A stretch of DNA of 64,000 nucleotides, taken from the IMG/VR virus record IMGVR_UViG_3300034072_002256, positions 11,274-75,273 of that record. One strand, given 5' to 3'. Positions 54,825-64,000 of this stretch are shown piece by piece. Below the pieces are notes generated by a model. It ran no database searches. It had not been told where the DNA came from and saw nothing but the letters and a program-made list of their open reading frames with translations. The first letter of the stretch is position 1. Each line of letters starts with the position of its first letter. The stretch is from a virus. The position numbers and the translations under genes were made by a program.

Positions 54825-55772
54825 ATGCCTGCATTACGTGCTGAAGAAGAATACGTTTTAGTAAAGGTCAGTTCCGGTGCTTATGGTGCCGATGTCGCGT
54901 TACTTGCCGCAGATGCTGTTGCTGTATTTGACGTGAATTACAGCACTGAATACACCAAAGAAACGATGAACGAAGCGCTGGGTTTCCCAGGTGGCCAGTC
55001 GGAAAAAACAACGGGTGGTTATCAGAAAATCAGCTTCAAAGCCTATGTCCGCGGCTCGTCGGGTAAAGATGTCCCAACACCAAACGGCAAGTTGCTGCGC
55101 CTGTGTGGCAATAGTGAAACCGTGACTGCGACCACTAGTGTGACTTATGCGCCGGCTACGGACAGTCACGAACATGGCACTATTTATTACTACATCGGCG
55201 GTACCGCTGGTGTGTTGCATAAGCTGACCGGCGTGCGCGGATCGGTCAAATTCGTCAGTAAAGTCGGTTCTTTAGACTATTACGAATTTGAATTCATGGG
55301 GCTGGATAACGGGCCAGTGACGGCAGGTACTCTGCCTGTTGTGGATTGGTCTGGTTTAACGACGCCAATGCATACCGCTGCGAACACAGTGGAAACGATG
55401 ACGCTGTTTGGACAGGCCGTGGGTATGGCAAACATGACGATCAGTTTCGGCAACGTCTTCAGCCACATGCATGTGACCAACCAGGAAGAAATTGCTTTTG
55501 ACTCTCGTAAAGGCACTGTCGATATCTCAATTGTCGAGCCGCCAATCGCGACCATCAACTGGTGGACCAAAGCGAAGAACGGCGATCAGGGCGCATTGAC
55601 CTATCAGCGCGGCAAGGTTGCTGATGTTGCCAATATTCTGCTGCTGAACTTCCCAAATCTGCAGCTTGGCAGCGTCAGTCGACGCAAGGATGCCGGCAAG
55701 CTCTATCTCGATATCAAGCTCAGTATCCGTCCGTTGACGAAAAACAGCGATTACACCCTCGTGACCAAGTAA
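54825..55772 (+). CDS. Major tail (tube) protein
   Basis: Same length and clear homology to 16031-16978. Confidence 0.8.
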   Translation: MPALRAEEEYVLVKVSSGAYGADVALLAADAVAVFDVNYSTEYTKETMNEALGFPGGQSEKTTGGYQKISFKAYVRGSSGKDVPTPNGKLLRLCGNSETVTATTSVTYAPATDSHEHGTIYYYIGGTAGVLHKLTGVRGSVKFVSKVGSLDYYEFEFMGLDNGPVTAGTLPVVDWSGLTTPMHTAANTVETMTLFGQAVGMANMTISFGNVFSHMHVTNQEEIAFDSRKGTVDISIVEPPIATINWWTKAKNGDQGALTYQRGKVADVANILLLNFPNLQLGSVSRRKDAGKLYLDIKLSIRPLTKNSDYTLVTK

Positions 55773-55841
55773 CTCTTAAGTCTGGGCAAGGATGCCCGGC
55801 TTTTAAAAGACATTTCAGCATTTAAAAAAACAGAGGTTCCC

Positions 55842-56297
55842 ATGACAACTCCACTACCACAAAAACGTTTTCAAGTCGCAGCCCTGCAGCAACGCCAGTT
55901 TAAAGCCCCAGTCGAAGTGAAATTGCCAAGTGACAGTGTCGATACTAAGGGCGCGATGCAATACGACACGCTGCATTTTATTGCCCGCTTTCGTTCTATC
56001 CCTGCAGACGAAGCTCGGCAGAACTTACAACGAGTACAGCAGCTGCGCACCGAAGATGCGCCGCTGGATGAACTACTGAATGAAAGCCTGGCGCAGACCA
56101 AAAGTTATGTGCTGGGTATCGAAAAACACCCTGAGCATCCGTTTCCGTTTGTCGCCGCTGATGGCCAGACAGATGCAGAAATCACACCTGATGTGATTGC
56201 AGAGCTTTTGAATGTGCGTGAGATCCGCGACGCAATTGAAGACACATACAACAAAGCCCGCACTGGAGATCTACTGGTAAAAAACTCCAGGAAGTAG
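55842..56297 (+). CDS. Tail assembly chaperone (G-like)
   Basis: Ends in A AAA AAC (56279-56285). Confidence 0.8.
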   Translation: MTTPLPQKRFQVAALQQRQFKAPVEVKLPSDSVDTKGAMQYDTLHFIARFRSIPADEARQNLQRVQQLRTEDAPLDELLNESLAQTKSYVLGIEKHPEHPFPFVAADGQTDAEITPDVIAELLNVREIRDAIEDTYNKARTGDLLVKNSRK

Positions 56298-56320
56298 CGC
56301 AGTGGTGGGCGGCCGGGGCG

Positions 56321-56650
56321 GTGAATAAAACAGACGAAGTGACCAAGCGCATGCAGGAAGCAGGCGCTCCCCAGGAGTTGATTGATCAGGTTGTGGCTAA
56401 AGACACCGGCATGCCCGATGTGCAGCCCGCCAACTTTATCACCACTCGGCTTTTCTTTACCTGCACTACTCAGTGGAACTATGCCGGAATGACCGGCATC
56501 CGTACCGGACTTAATTACCAGTCGGTTGATGTCCGGTCAGCAAAAATGCCTGATTTTCAGGCGCTGGACTTAGATGAACAGAACTGGGTTTGGGAGGGGC
56601 TGCAAGTGATGGAGGCCGCCGCGCTTAGAGTCTGGCAGGACAACGCTTAA
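56321..56650 (+). CDS. Tail chaperone -1 frameshift extension (DUF1799-like)
   Basis: The -1 frame LQEVAQWWAAG is open into this ORF. Confidence 0.8.
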   Translation: MNKTDEVTKRMQEAGAPQELIDQVVAKDTGMPDVQPANFITTRLFFTCTTQWNYAGMTGIRTGLNYQSVDVRSAKMPDFQALDLDEQNWVWEGLQVMEAAALRVWQDNA

Positions 56651-56730
56651 CGCGGTGACTTGAAGATAAATGCCCACAGGGCAAGCACCACCAAAACAAT
56701 CACCATACCCACAGCAATTAAGAAACTCAT
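56647..56730 (-). CDS. 27-aa single-TM membrane peptide (moron)
   Basis: MSFLIAVGMVIVLVVLALWAFIFKSPR; TAAGG RBS; upstream TTGAGT-17-CATACT on the minus strand (56789-56761). Confidence 0.65.
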   Translation of the reverse strand: MSFLIAVGMVIVLVVLALWAFIFKSPR

Positions 56731-56763
56731 GTCGTTAACCTTATCCGGGAAAGTAGCAGCAGT

Positions 56764-59700
56764 ATGAATGACTTAGTACTTGCACTCAAGTTGACTACCC
56801 AAGGCGGCCAACTGGTGGTCAAAGACTTGTCTGCGGTGACTCAGGCCAGTCGAAATGCCGGGCAGGCAGTTGGCCAGTTGGGTCAAGCTGGTGGTCAGGC
56901 TGCTGCTGGAATTGGGAAAACTGCGCAGGAAGCAAATGAGCTGAGCCAGGAAGCAAAACAGGCCAAGACTGAGCTGGATTCTATGCATGGCCGGATGTTG
57001 GCGCTGGCAGGCGTCAGTGCCGTACTTTTTGCCGCATTGCAGTCTTTTGCCGGCGTCAAAGCCCTGATTGAACGGGCCGATGATTTTAATGTCCTGCAGC
57101 AACGCATCCGTACAGCAACGACCGAGACCAACGATTACAACACAGTCAGTGCTGAGATGTATGCCATTGCGCAGCGCAATGGTGCCGCTCTTGCCCCAAC
57201 GGTAGAGCTGTTTCAGCGCTTATCTACCAGCCGTAAAGACCTTAAAGCTACTAATGCCCAAATGCTGGATTTTACCGATGCCGTGCAAAAGCTGGGCGTG
57301 ATTGGTGGATCCAGTACCACGGCTTTAGAAGCGGGCCTGATGCAATTAAGTCAGGGTTTGTCGGGTGGCGTACTGCGGGCCGAGGAATTCAATTCACTAC
57401 TGGAAAATATCCCTGAAGTGGCCAGCCGCATTGGCAAGGGGATGGATGATATCGGCAAATCTGAAAATGAGCTGGGCCTTGGCGATCTGCGCAAGCTGGT
57501 GCTGGAAGGCAAGCTGTTATCGGATGATGTGCTCAAATCCATCCTGGTGCAGTTGCCAGAAATTGAAAAGCAGTTTGGCAAAATGCCGGTCAGTGTTGGC
57601 CGCGCCGGTACCATGCTCGACAACAGCTTCAGTGCTGCCCTAAGCCGGGTTGATGAGGTCACTGGTGCGACCCAGGCATGGGCAGATGTGTTGGTGTCGA
57701 TATCCAAAACACTGGACGGCATGAGTGCGTCTGAGCTGCAGAACGCGTCTGCTACTTTGCTGGCCATCGCCGGCGGAGCGAGCGCGCTGCTCTTTTTGTC
57801 ACGCTACAACATTGGTCTTAAAGCGATCGGTGCAACTTCTGCGGGCCTTACTTTAACTTTGTTGCAAAAAACTGCAGCACTTATGGGGGTCTCAGCGGCT
57901 GCGGGTGTCGCCACTGGAAAAATTACGGCGCTTGGTATCGCCAGTGCTGCCGCAAGCAGAGCGATGGCCTTGCTGGGTGGTCCCGTTGGCCTCGCGGTAC
58001 TGGCTGGATTTGCCATTTATGAATTTGCCAAAAATAGTGATTTAGGCACTGAAAAAGCAGATTTGCTGACTGAGCGCTTAAACAAACTGTCTGGCGCTTA
58101 TGGTGAAGTTTCAAAAACGGATCTCCAGAAAGCGGTTGCCAGCAATACCAAAGAGCTGGCCACGAATGCAGATCGCATTGCCGAAATCACTAAAAAGATG
58201 GCTGAGAACCGCAAGGTTATCGACGGCGCACCAGGTAGCAATAAAGCCCAAAAAGCATATCGGGAAATGGGCGACCTGAAGCGCGAGCTGGCCGAATTAT
58301 CAGCCACACAAAAAGTGCTGATGGATGACAGTGAAAAACTGGCTCAGTTGTTCTTTGACTTCTCCGGCGCCACAGATCCATTTGCCGAAAGTGCCGCCAA
58401 AGCCTCAGACGAGCTGCTCAAACTCTATAACGCCCAAATGCTCAATGCGCAGGCTGTAGATGCCAGTGGACGTGCTTTGTCCGGTATTGATTTAGAGCTG
58501 TTTAAAACCCAGTTTAAAGAAGCGACAACGCTGCCAAAAGACGCTGAAACAGCCATTAAACAGTTCTTCAAAACGGCGGAAGCATCGCAGCAATTAGCCG
58601 CCAACGACAAGTACCTGACCGGCCTCAAAGAAGAAGTGCGGCTGCAGCAGGTTCGCCTGTCCCAGGGCGAAGCCGAATATGAGCTGCAAAAAGCAATTAG
58701 CGGCCAGAAAGTCACAGATCCAAAGCAGCTGAAACTGCTACAGGACACTCTGGCACTGCAGCGGCAGATCAATCAGACCAAAACCCAGGGCGATGCCCTT
58801 AAAGCACTGAAGGCCGAAAACGACCTGCTGCAAATTCGCCTGACCAAAGGCGAAAAAGAGTACCAGCTGCAGAAGATGATCCGCGATTTGAAAGTTACGG
58901 ATCCGGCTGTCATCAAACAACTGGATACTGAAATTGAACGTCAGCGCCTGTTGAATGAACAGCTGGATGTGCGCAAGTATTTGACCGATGGCAGTTATGA
59001 CGAACTGCTTGATGGCCTCACCAAAATCGGTGATGCCGGCAGCAGCGTAGGCAATGCCCTAGTCGATAGCTTTGGCTCAGTCGCCGACCAGTTCGCCCGC
59101 ATGGCTGAGCAACAAGACGAGTTCACCAAAAAATTTATAACGCTGAGCGAAGCCCGTAAAAAGGCCGAAAAAGAAGTTGATCCGGCGAAGCGCACCAAAG
59201 CCCTGGAGAAAGCCGACAGCACTGAGCGCAAGCTTTTGGAAGACCAAGCCCGGCTGCAAATGGGTAACTATGCCACCTTAGCCGGCGCGGCCAGCAAGAT
59301 GTTTTCGGAGCAAAGTAAAGGCCGCCAGGTCATGCACAATCTGGAAGTGACTTTTGCTGCGATTGAAACGGCGTTGGCCCTCAAAAAAGCGGCGGCCAAT
59401 GCGCTGTCGGCTATATCCAATCAGGGTAACGGCGACCCATATAGTGCCTTTACCCGTATCGCGGCGATGGCCGCCATTATGGCCGGTCTCGGGATTTTCA
59501 GCGGCAGCGCTGGTGGTGGCGTGAGCGCAGAAGACCGTCAGAAGACCCAAGGCACTGGCACAGTGCTTGGTGATGACAGCGCCAAATCTGGATCCATCGC
59601 CAATGCCCTTGGTCGCATCGAAGACTTAGAGCTGGACCAGTACGCTGAGCTGCGCTCAATCAACGGCAGCATCCGGGAACTCTCTGCCGGCATCAAAAAT

Positions 59701-62382
59701 CTGGCAGTGAATCTGGTGGCCAGTTACGGCAAATTCAACGAATCAAATTACCCTGGCGAACTGGGCAAAGAATACAACCTGCAGCTCGGCAGCGGCCTTG
59801 CTTCCATGGTCGGTGGTGGTGTCATTGGCCTAGTGGTGGACAAGTTACTCGGCGGCTTGGTCGGTGGCCTCACTAATAAACTGCTCGGCGGCTTATTCGG
59901 CAGCAAAAAGACTGAATTGGTTGACAGTGGCCTGAGCTTTGCGGCACAGGAACTGGGCGACATCATCAGCTCTGGCCTGATGAACGCCACGGTTTACGAC
60001 GTCATTAAAACGACTAAGAAAAAGCTGTTTGGCCTGAGTAAATCCAGCTCGGAAAGCACCGAATATCGCGCCATCGACAATGCGCTGCGCACAGAGTTTG
60101 CCCGCATTTTTGCCCACATGGGTAAATCTGTCACTGAGGCGGTGAACCTGCTCGGTCTGCAAACCAGCAAAACGCTGGAAGGCTTTGTGATTAATCTGCC
60201 GGCGCTGTCGTTTAAAGACCTCAAGGGCGATGAAATCGAAAAAGAGCTGCAGGCCATGTTCAGCCAGCAGGGCGACCTGATGGTGCAGTACCTGGTGCCA
60301 GGCATTGCTGAATTTCAAAAAATCGGCGAAGGGCTTTATGACACCCTCATTCGCGTTGCCCAGGAACAGGCTGTATTCAACGCCAGTCTGGACAGTCTGG
60401 GCCTGCAGCTGAGCCGATTTGCCGGTGTCACCAAAGCCATTGAGCTGGAAGTGGCCCAATCCATCATTGAACTGATGGGCGGCATTGAACAGTTCCAATC
60501 AGCAACAGCGGAATACTTTGCCGAGTTTTACTCCGAGCAGGAGCAGCTTGCTGCCATCACCAAATCTGCAGCGGCACAGTTTGCAAGCCTCGGCATTGCA
60601 ATGCCTACCAGTCGCGATGGTTTTAAAGACTTGGTCGATAGTTTGGATTTAACGACCGAAGCCGGGCAGCGTATGTTTGCTGCGCTGATGGCGTTGGTAC
60701 CGGCGATGGACCAGTACTATGACCAGCAAGAGCGCCAGGCGCGGGAGCTGGCCAGTTTCAGCAAATCCGTCGGTGACGAGTTGGCCAAACTCGATATGAC
60801 CGACCTTGAAAAAAATCTGTTTGATTTAAAAGCCTGGTACGACGCGCAAATCAAAGAAGCCGCAGAACTCGGTGCAGACACCGGCCTGCTGGAAATTCTC
60901 TATGACCGAAAACGGGCGGCACTCATTGCCGCAGAGCTGGAAAAAGCAACGGCAGACATCAACAACACCTTTAAACAGCTGGTGGATAGTATCCAGGCTG
61001 CCAGTGCCGGCATTGGCAATGCGATTTTGGACATTCGCCGCCAGGGCGCGGGCTGGGATGAATCGGCCTATCAAAGTGGCCAGGTCAAACAGCTGCGCGG
61101 TCAGCTTGGTATCGGCGACATCACCGCCCAAATCAAAGCCATTCAGAACCTGCAGGGAGCCATTGTCAGCCGCTACCAAGCAGACATCAGTGCCAATAAC
61201 CTGCTGATGCAGCAAGCGCAAACGGCACTCGATAGCCTGAACGCCAGCTGGGGCGAACTGACATCATCACTGGCCAGTGTGCGCAGCTCAATATCCGCCG
61301 CGATTTTAGATATTCGCCGCCAGGGCAGCGGCTGGAATGAAGTCAGTTATCAAAAAGGTAACATCAGCGACCTTCGCGCCAAGCTGGGCGTGGGCAGCGT
61401 GCTGGAACAAATCAATGTCGTTGGTGCTCTGCAACAGGCCATTGTCGACCGTTATAACGCAGAACTGGCGGCCAATCAGCAGCTGCAACAGGCCGCAGAG
61501 TCCCGGTATGAAGCGGATTTAGCCGCATACAACGCCCTGCGTGATGCAGCGCGCCAGCTGCTCTCTGCGGCCGATGCATTGCTGCTCTCTGACTACTCAC
61601 CAGCACTGATGGGCGAGCAATTTAGCCAGGCACAGAAACAATTTACACAGCTCTTGGTCCGCGCCAAAAGTGGCGATATGGACGCCATGCGCGACCTGCA
61701 ATCTGCCGGCTCCAGCTATCTCGATGTAGCTAAAAACTACTATGCCAGCGGCAGCTCGGAATACTCGGCAATTTTCAAAGAAGTGCAGGCCGCATATCGC
61801 AGCTTTAGTGGCATGGCCAACGGCAGCGACAACTCGGTACCGCGCCCGACTCAGCAGTACTACAGCGCATCGATCAGCATGCAGTCGGACACCATTGCGG
61901 AGTTGGAAGCCTTACAAAAAACGCTGACTGAGCTTGAGAAAAAAGCGGCAGAAGAGAAAGCCAAAGCAGAAGAAAAGGCCAAGGCGGAACTGGCAGCTTA
62001 CCAGGCGAAACAGTTGGAGCTGCAACAAGGCGCTATCACTGAGCTAACTGATCTGCAGACTGCCCTGGCCACACTCGAAGCCGCCGCCGCCGTCCAGCGC
62101 GATAATCAATTGGCCACGCTGCAAAATGGGTTTGCGTCAGTTGTTGATGCGATCGGCAAAATCGAGCCGCCAATCATCATCATTAACCCGCCGGCACCGC
62201 CACCTGCAGCCACCAGCAATGCCGGAAGTGACGAAACCAATCGCGCAGTGGTTGAGCTGTTGCAGCAGCAGCTGGACGAACAGCGCGCAGCGAACACAGC
62301 ACTGCAACGCCAAATGGCTGCGATACAAGATGACCAGCAGCGCACCCAGGACATGATCTTTGCACAGCGGAGGCAGGCATGA
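56764..62382 (+). CDS. Tape measure protein
   Basis: 1872 aa; homolog of 17847-23702. Confidence 0.93.
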   Translation: MNDLVLALKLTTQGGQLVVKDLSAVTQASRNAGQAVGQLGQAGGQAAAGIGKTAQEANELSQEAKQAKTELDSMHGRMLALAGVSAVLFAALQSFAGVKALIERADDFNVLQQRIRTATTETNDYNTVSAEMYAIAQRNGAALAPTVELFQRLSTSRKDLKATNAQMLDFTDAVQKLGVIGGSSTTALEAGLMQLSQGLSGGVLRAEEFNSLLENIPEVASRIGKGMDDIGKSENELGLGDLRKLVLEGKLLSDDVLKSILVQLPEIEKQFGKMPVSVGRAGTMLDNSFSAALSRVDEVTGATQAWADVLVSISKTLDGMSASELQNASATLLAIAGGASALLFLSRYNIGLKAIGATSAGLTLTLLQKTAALMGVSAAAGVATGKITALGIASAAASRAMALLGGPVGLAVLAGFAIYEFAKNSDLGTEKADLLTERLNKLSGAYGEVSKTDLQKAVASNTKELATNADRIAEITKKMAENRKVIDGAPGSNKAQKAYREMGDLKRELAELSATQKVLMDDSEKLAQLFFDFSGATDPFAESAAKASDELLKLYNAQMLNAQAVDASGRALSGIDLELFKTQFKEATTLPKDAETAIKQFFKTAEASQQLAANDKYLTGLKEEVRLQQVRLSQGEAEYELQKAISGQKVTDPKQLKLLQDTLALQRQINQTKTQGDALKALKAENDLLQIRLTKGEKEYQLQKMIRDLKVTDPAVIKQLDTEIERQRLLNEQLDVRKYLTDGSYDELLDGLTKIGDAGSSVGNALVDSFGSVADQFARMAEQQDEFTKKFITLSEARKKAEKEVDPAKRTKALEKADSTERKLLEDQARLQMGNYATLAGAASKMFSEQSKGRQVMHNLEVTFAAIETALALKKAAANALSAISNQGNGDPYSAFTRIAAMAAIMAGLGIFSGSAGGGVSAEDRQKTQGTGTVLGDDSAKSGSIANALGRIEDLELDQYAELRSINGSIRELSAGIKNLAVNLVASYGKFNESNYPGELGKEYNLQLGSGLASMVGGGVIGLVVDKLLGGLVGGLTNKLLGGLFGSKKTELVDSGLSFAAQELGDIISSGLMNATVYDVIKTTKKKLFGLSKSSSESTEYRAIDNALRTEFARIFAHMGKSVTEAVNLLGLQTSKTLEGFVINLPALSFKDLKGDEIEKELQAMFSQQGDLMVQYLVPGIAEFQKIGEGLYDTLIRVAQEQAVFNASLDSLGLQLSRFAGVTKAIELEVAQSIIELMGGIEQFQSATAEYFAEFYSEQEQLAAITKSAAAQFASLGIAMPTSRDGFKDLVDSLDLTTEAGQRMFAALMALVPAMDQYYDQQERQARELASFSKSVGDELAKLDMTDLEKNLFDLKAWYDAQIKEAAELGADTGLLEILYDRKRAALIAAELEKATADINNTFKQLVDSIQAASAGIGNAILDIRRQGAGWDESAYQSGQVKQLRGQLGIGDITAQIKAIQNLQGAIVSRYQADISANNLLMQQAQTALDSLNASWGELTSSLASVRSSISAAILDIRRQGSGWNEVSYQKGNISDLRAKLGVGSVLEQINVVGALQQAIVDRYNAELAANQQLQQAAESRYEADLAAYNALRDAARQLLSAADALLLSDYSPALMGEQFSQAQKQFTQLLVRAKSGDMDAMRDLQSAGSSYLDVAKNYYASGSSEYSAIFKEVQAAYRSFSGMANGSDNSVPRPTQQYYSASISMQSDTIAELEALQKTLTELEKKAAEEKAKAEEKAKAELAAYQAKQLELQQGAITELTDLQTALATLEAAAAVQRDNQLATLQNGFASVVDAIGKIEPPIIIINPPAPPPAATSNAGSDETNRAVVELLQQQLDEQRAANTALQRQMAAIQDDQQRTQDMIFAQRRQA

Positions 62383-63815
62383 TGTCGTTTGCTGACTGGA
62401 TTAAAACGCCAGGTGTCGACCGCTGCTATCTAGTGGAATTTCAGGCGCGGGTGGCCGGCCAATTGCAGACTGTTCGCCGTGCAACACACCCGTACCGCTC
62501 TGGCCCGAATGACTCGCCAGCCTTTACACCCTATCCGGACACGGTTTTGTCTGTGGGTAGCTGGGGTCGCGAACTGACCGAGCTGTTTACCGGCTACAGC
62601 ACCACGGCCAGTGTCAGCATCGAGCTGTTCTTGGACGACGAACTGCTGAGTCTGCTGGAAACAGCTAATGTCGGCGGCCTGCCGGTCACTATCCGTTGTG
62701 GCGATGCGAGCTGGCCGTTGGTGCAATTTGGCATTGTGATCTCCGCCACCGCTGATGCCTTGAAAGCAACGAGTTATGACACTGCCCAGCTGACATTGCG
62801 CGACAGCAGCGAACTGCTGCGCCGGCAGCTGCAGAGCACATTGATTGCCTCTGGTCCTAACGCTGGCCAGCCAGCACCTATCTGCCTCGGTAGATGTTTT
62901 AACGTGTCGCCAGTCCTGCTGAACGACGCCACCAAAACTTACCAGGTGCATGACGGCGCTATTCAAGCCATTACCGCTGTGCGTGAAAACGGCGTGGCCA
63001 TTCCATACACCCCCAACCTGGCTGCCGGCACCTTTACGCTGACCAATAATGCCAAGGGCCGCGTGACCGCCGACGTCGACGGCGCCAAACCAGCTGGCGT
63101 CTGGCTGCAGAGCGCAGCTCAGATGATCACTCATTTGTTAAGTCGCTTTGGGATTGGCGCGCCGGCGGGCCTAGCAACGCTTCCAGCTTATCAGCTGGGT
63201 CTTTACATCACCGGTGATAAAACCCTGGCGTCGGTCTTGGATGACATCAGTGCCAGTGTGGGCGCTGCCTGGTATTACAGCCGGCTCGGCCAGCTGCAGT
63301 GGCTGCACTTTAATGGCCCCACAGCATCGGTAGCCACCATCAGCGCTGACGGCATTGAAGACAACAGCCTCTGGCCACGCCGGCGCATCACCCCGGCCAA
63401 GACCGTCAAAATCGGGTACCGGCGCAACTGGACGCCGCAAGCTGATGGCCTGGCAGGCTCTGTGCGTGAGACGACGCCTGCGCTGGCAACGACCTATGAG
63501 CTGCCTGAATCAACCGTACCAGTCAATAACGCCGGTGTGGCCGCCGCATATCCAGACGCAACAGATGTGTCTGTCAGCACGTTAATTGTCGGTGCGGCGG
63601 ATGCGGCTACTGAGGCGAACCGCCGGGCAACGTGGGCTGCTGTGCCGCGCACCGTCTTTGAATTTTCGGCATTTGCCGCTCCGTTTAACCTCGATTTGGG
63701 CCAGACCGTGACCATTCAATATCCGCAATATTTTGTCGCCGGCAGCACGGCCGTTATTACCCGGCTGCGTGATGATCTGCTTTCCGACACCTGCACGCTG
63801 GAGGTGATCCGTTGA
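62379..63815 (+). CDS. Tail tip/hub-like protein
   Basis: Homolog of 23699-25126. Confidence 0.7.
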   Translation: MMSFADWIKTPGVDRCYLVEFQARVAGQLQTVRRATHPYRSGPNDSPAFTPYPDTVLSVGSWGRELTELFTGYSTTASVSIELFLDDELLSLLETANVGGLPVTIRCGDASWPLVQFGIVISATADALKATSYDTAQLTLRDSSELLRRQLQSTLIASGPNAGQPAPICLGRCFNVSPVLLNDATKTYQVHDGAIQAITAVRENGVAIPYTPNLAAGTFTLTNNAKGRVTADVDGAKPAGVWLQSAAQMITHLLSRFGIGAPAGLATLPAYQLGLYITGDKTLASVLDDISASVGAAWYYSRLGQLQWLHFNGPTASVATISADGIEDNSLWPRRRITPAKTVKIGYRRNWTPQADGLAGSVRETTPALATTYELPESTVPVNNAGVAAAYPDATDVSVSTLIVGAADAATEANRRATWAAVPRTVFEFSAFAAPFNLDLGQTVTIQYPQYFVAGSTAVITRLRDDLLSDTCTLEVIR

Positions 63816-64000
63816 GCAACATCCGCATGCTGATGAAAAACCTGTGGGATGACGCCGCCGTGTCGGTAACGACAGGCACGCTCATTCCGACATTGCCGCT
63901 GACCAGCAGCCAGGTCTATGGCCGCAGTCTCACTGCCGGCATTACGCCGGACGGCACCGGCAAGTCCGCGGTGCAGTTTAATTTGGATGGGTTTTTCCTG
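63812..64000 (+). CDS. Tail tip protein (3'-truncated by window)
   Basis: TTG start; SNIRMLMKNLWD matches MNRIRMLVKNLWD of 25123-25965. Confidence 0.75.
   Translation, partial: MSNIRMLMKNLWDDAAVSVTTGTLIPTLPLTSSQVYGRSLTAGITPDGTGKSAVQFNLDGFFL

Larger units (their letters stand above)
31102..64000 (+). mobile_element. Mu-like transposable prophage P2 (left end at 31102; right part outside window)
   Basis: Starts TGTAAC; repressor/ner/transposase/B/gemA/mor followed by a full head-tail gene set. Confidence 0.95.

Noticed and set aside
1-64000. Simple assembly duplication of one prophage
   Set aside because: The copies differ by many synonymous changes, distinct head modules and distinct morons; only the junction itself still needs read support.

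Overview
The whole window is prophage DNA: two related but non-identical Mu-like (transposable) prophages with non-contractile (sipho-type) tail modules, lying head-to-tail in the same orientation. Prophage 1 (P1) enters mid-early-region at the window start and ends at 31096 (...GCGCTACA). After exactly 5 bp (GGATG, 31097-31101), prophage 2 (P2) begins at 31102 (TGTAAC...) and runs off the window end in the tail-tip genes. P2 shows the full Mu-type left arm: repressor, Ner, DDE transposase, AAA+ B protein, DUF3164, GemA and Mor/C. The two phages are nearly identical from the late early region to the terminase ATPase domain, then carry different portal, head and MuF alleles and diverged tail genes. 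Notable observations: (1) a 73-nt tRNA-like cloverleaf with its own sigma70-like promoter, antisense and directly behind the P1 MuF gene whose C-terminus looks like a BECR/PBECR nuclease fold; in P2 the same slot holds a MuF-HExxH peptidase plus a small putative immunity ORF, suggesting a tRNA-mimic RNA antitoxin or decoy; (2) the 5-bp junction, which suggests repeated site- and orientation-specific insertion of a Mu-like phage; (3) two type II hammerhead ribozymes bracketing a single early gene; (4) a ParB-like/HEPN-like + D12 adenine methylase cassette in both phages; (5) a conserved late-promoter/RBS-hairpin architecture; (6) several small morons. All family assignments come from motif recognition and gene order, not database searches.
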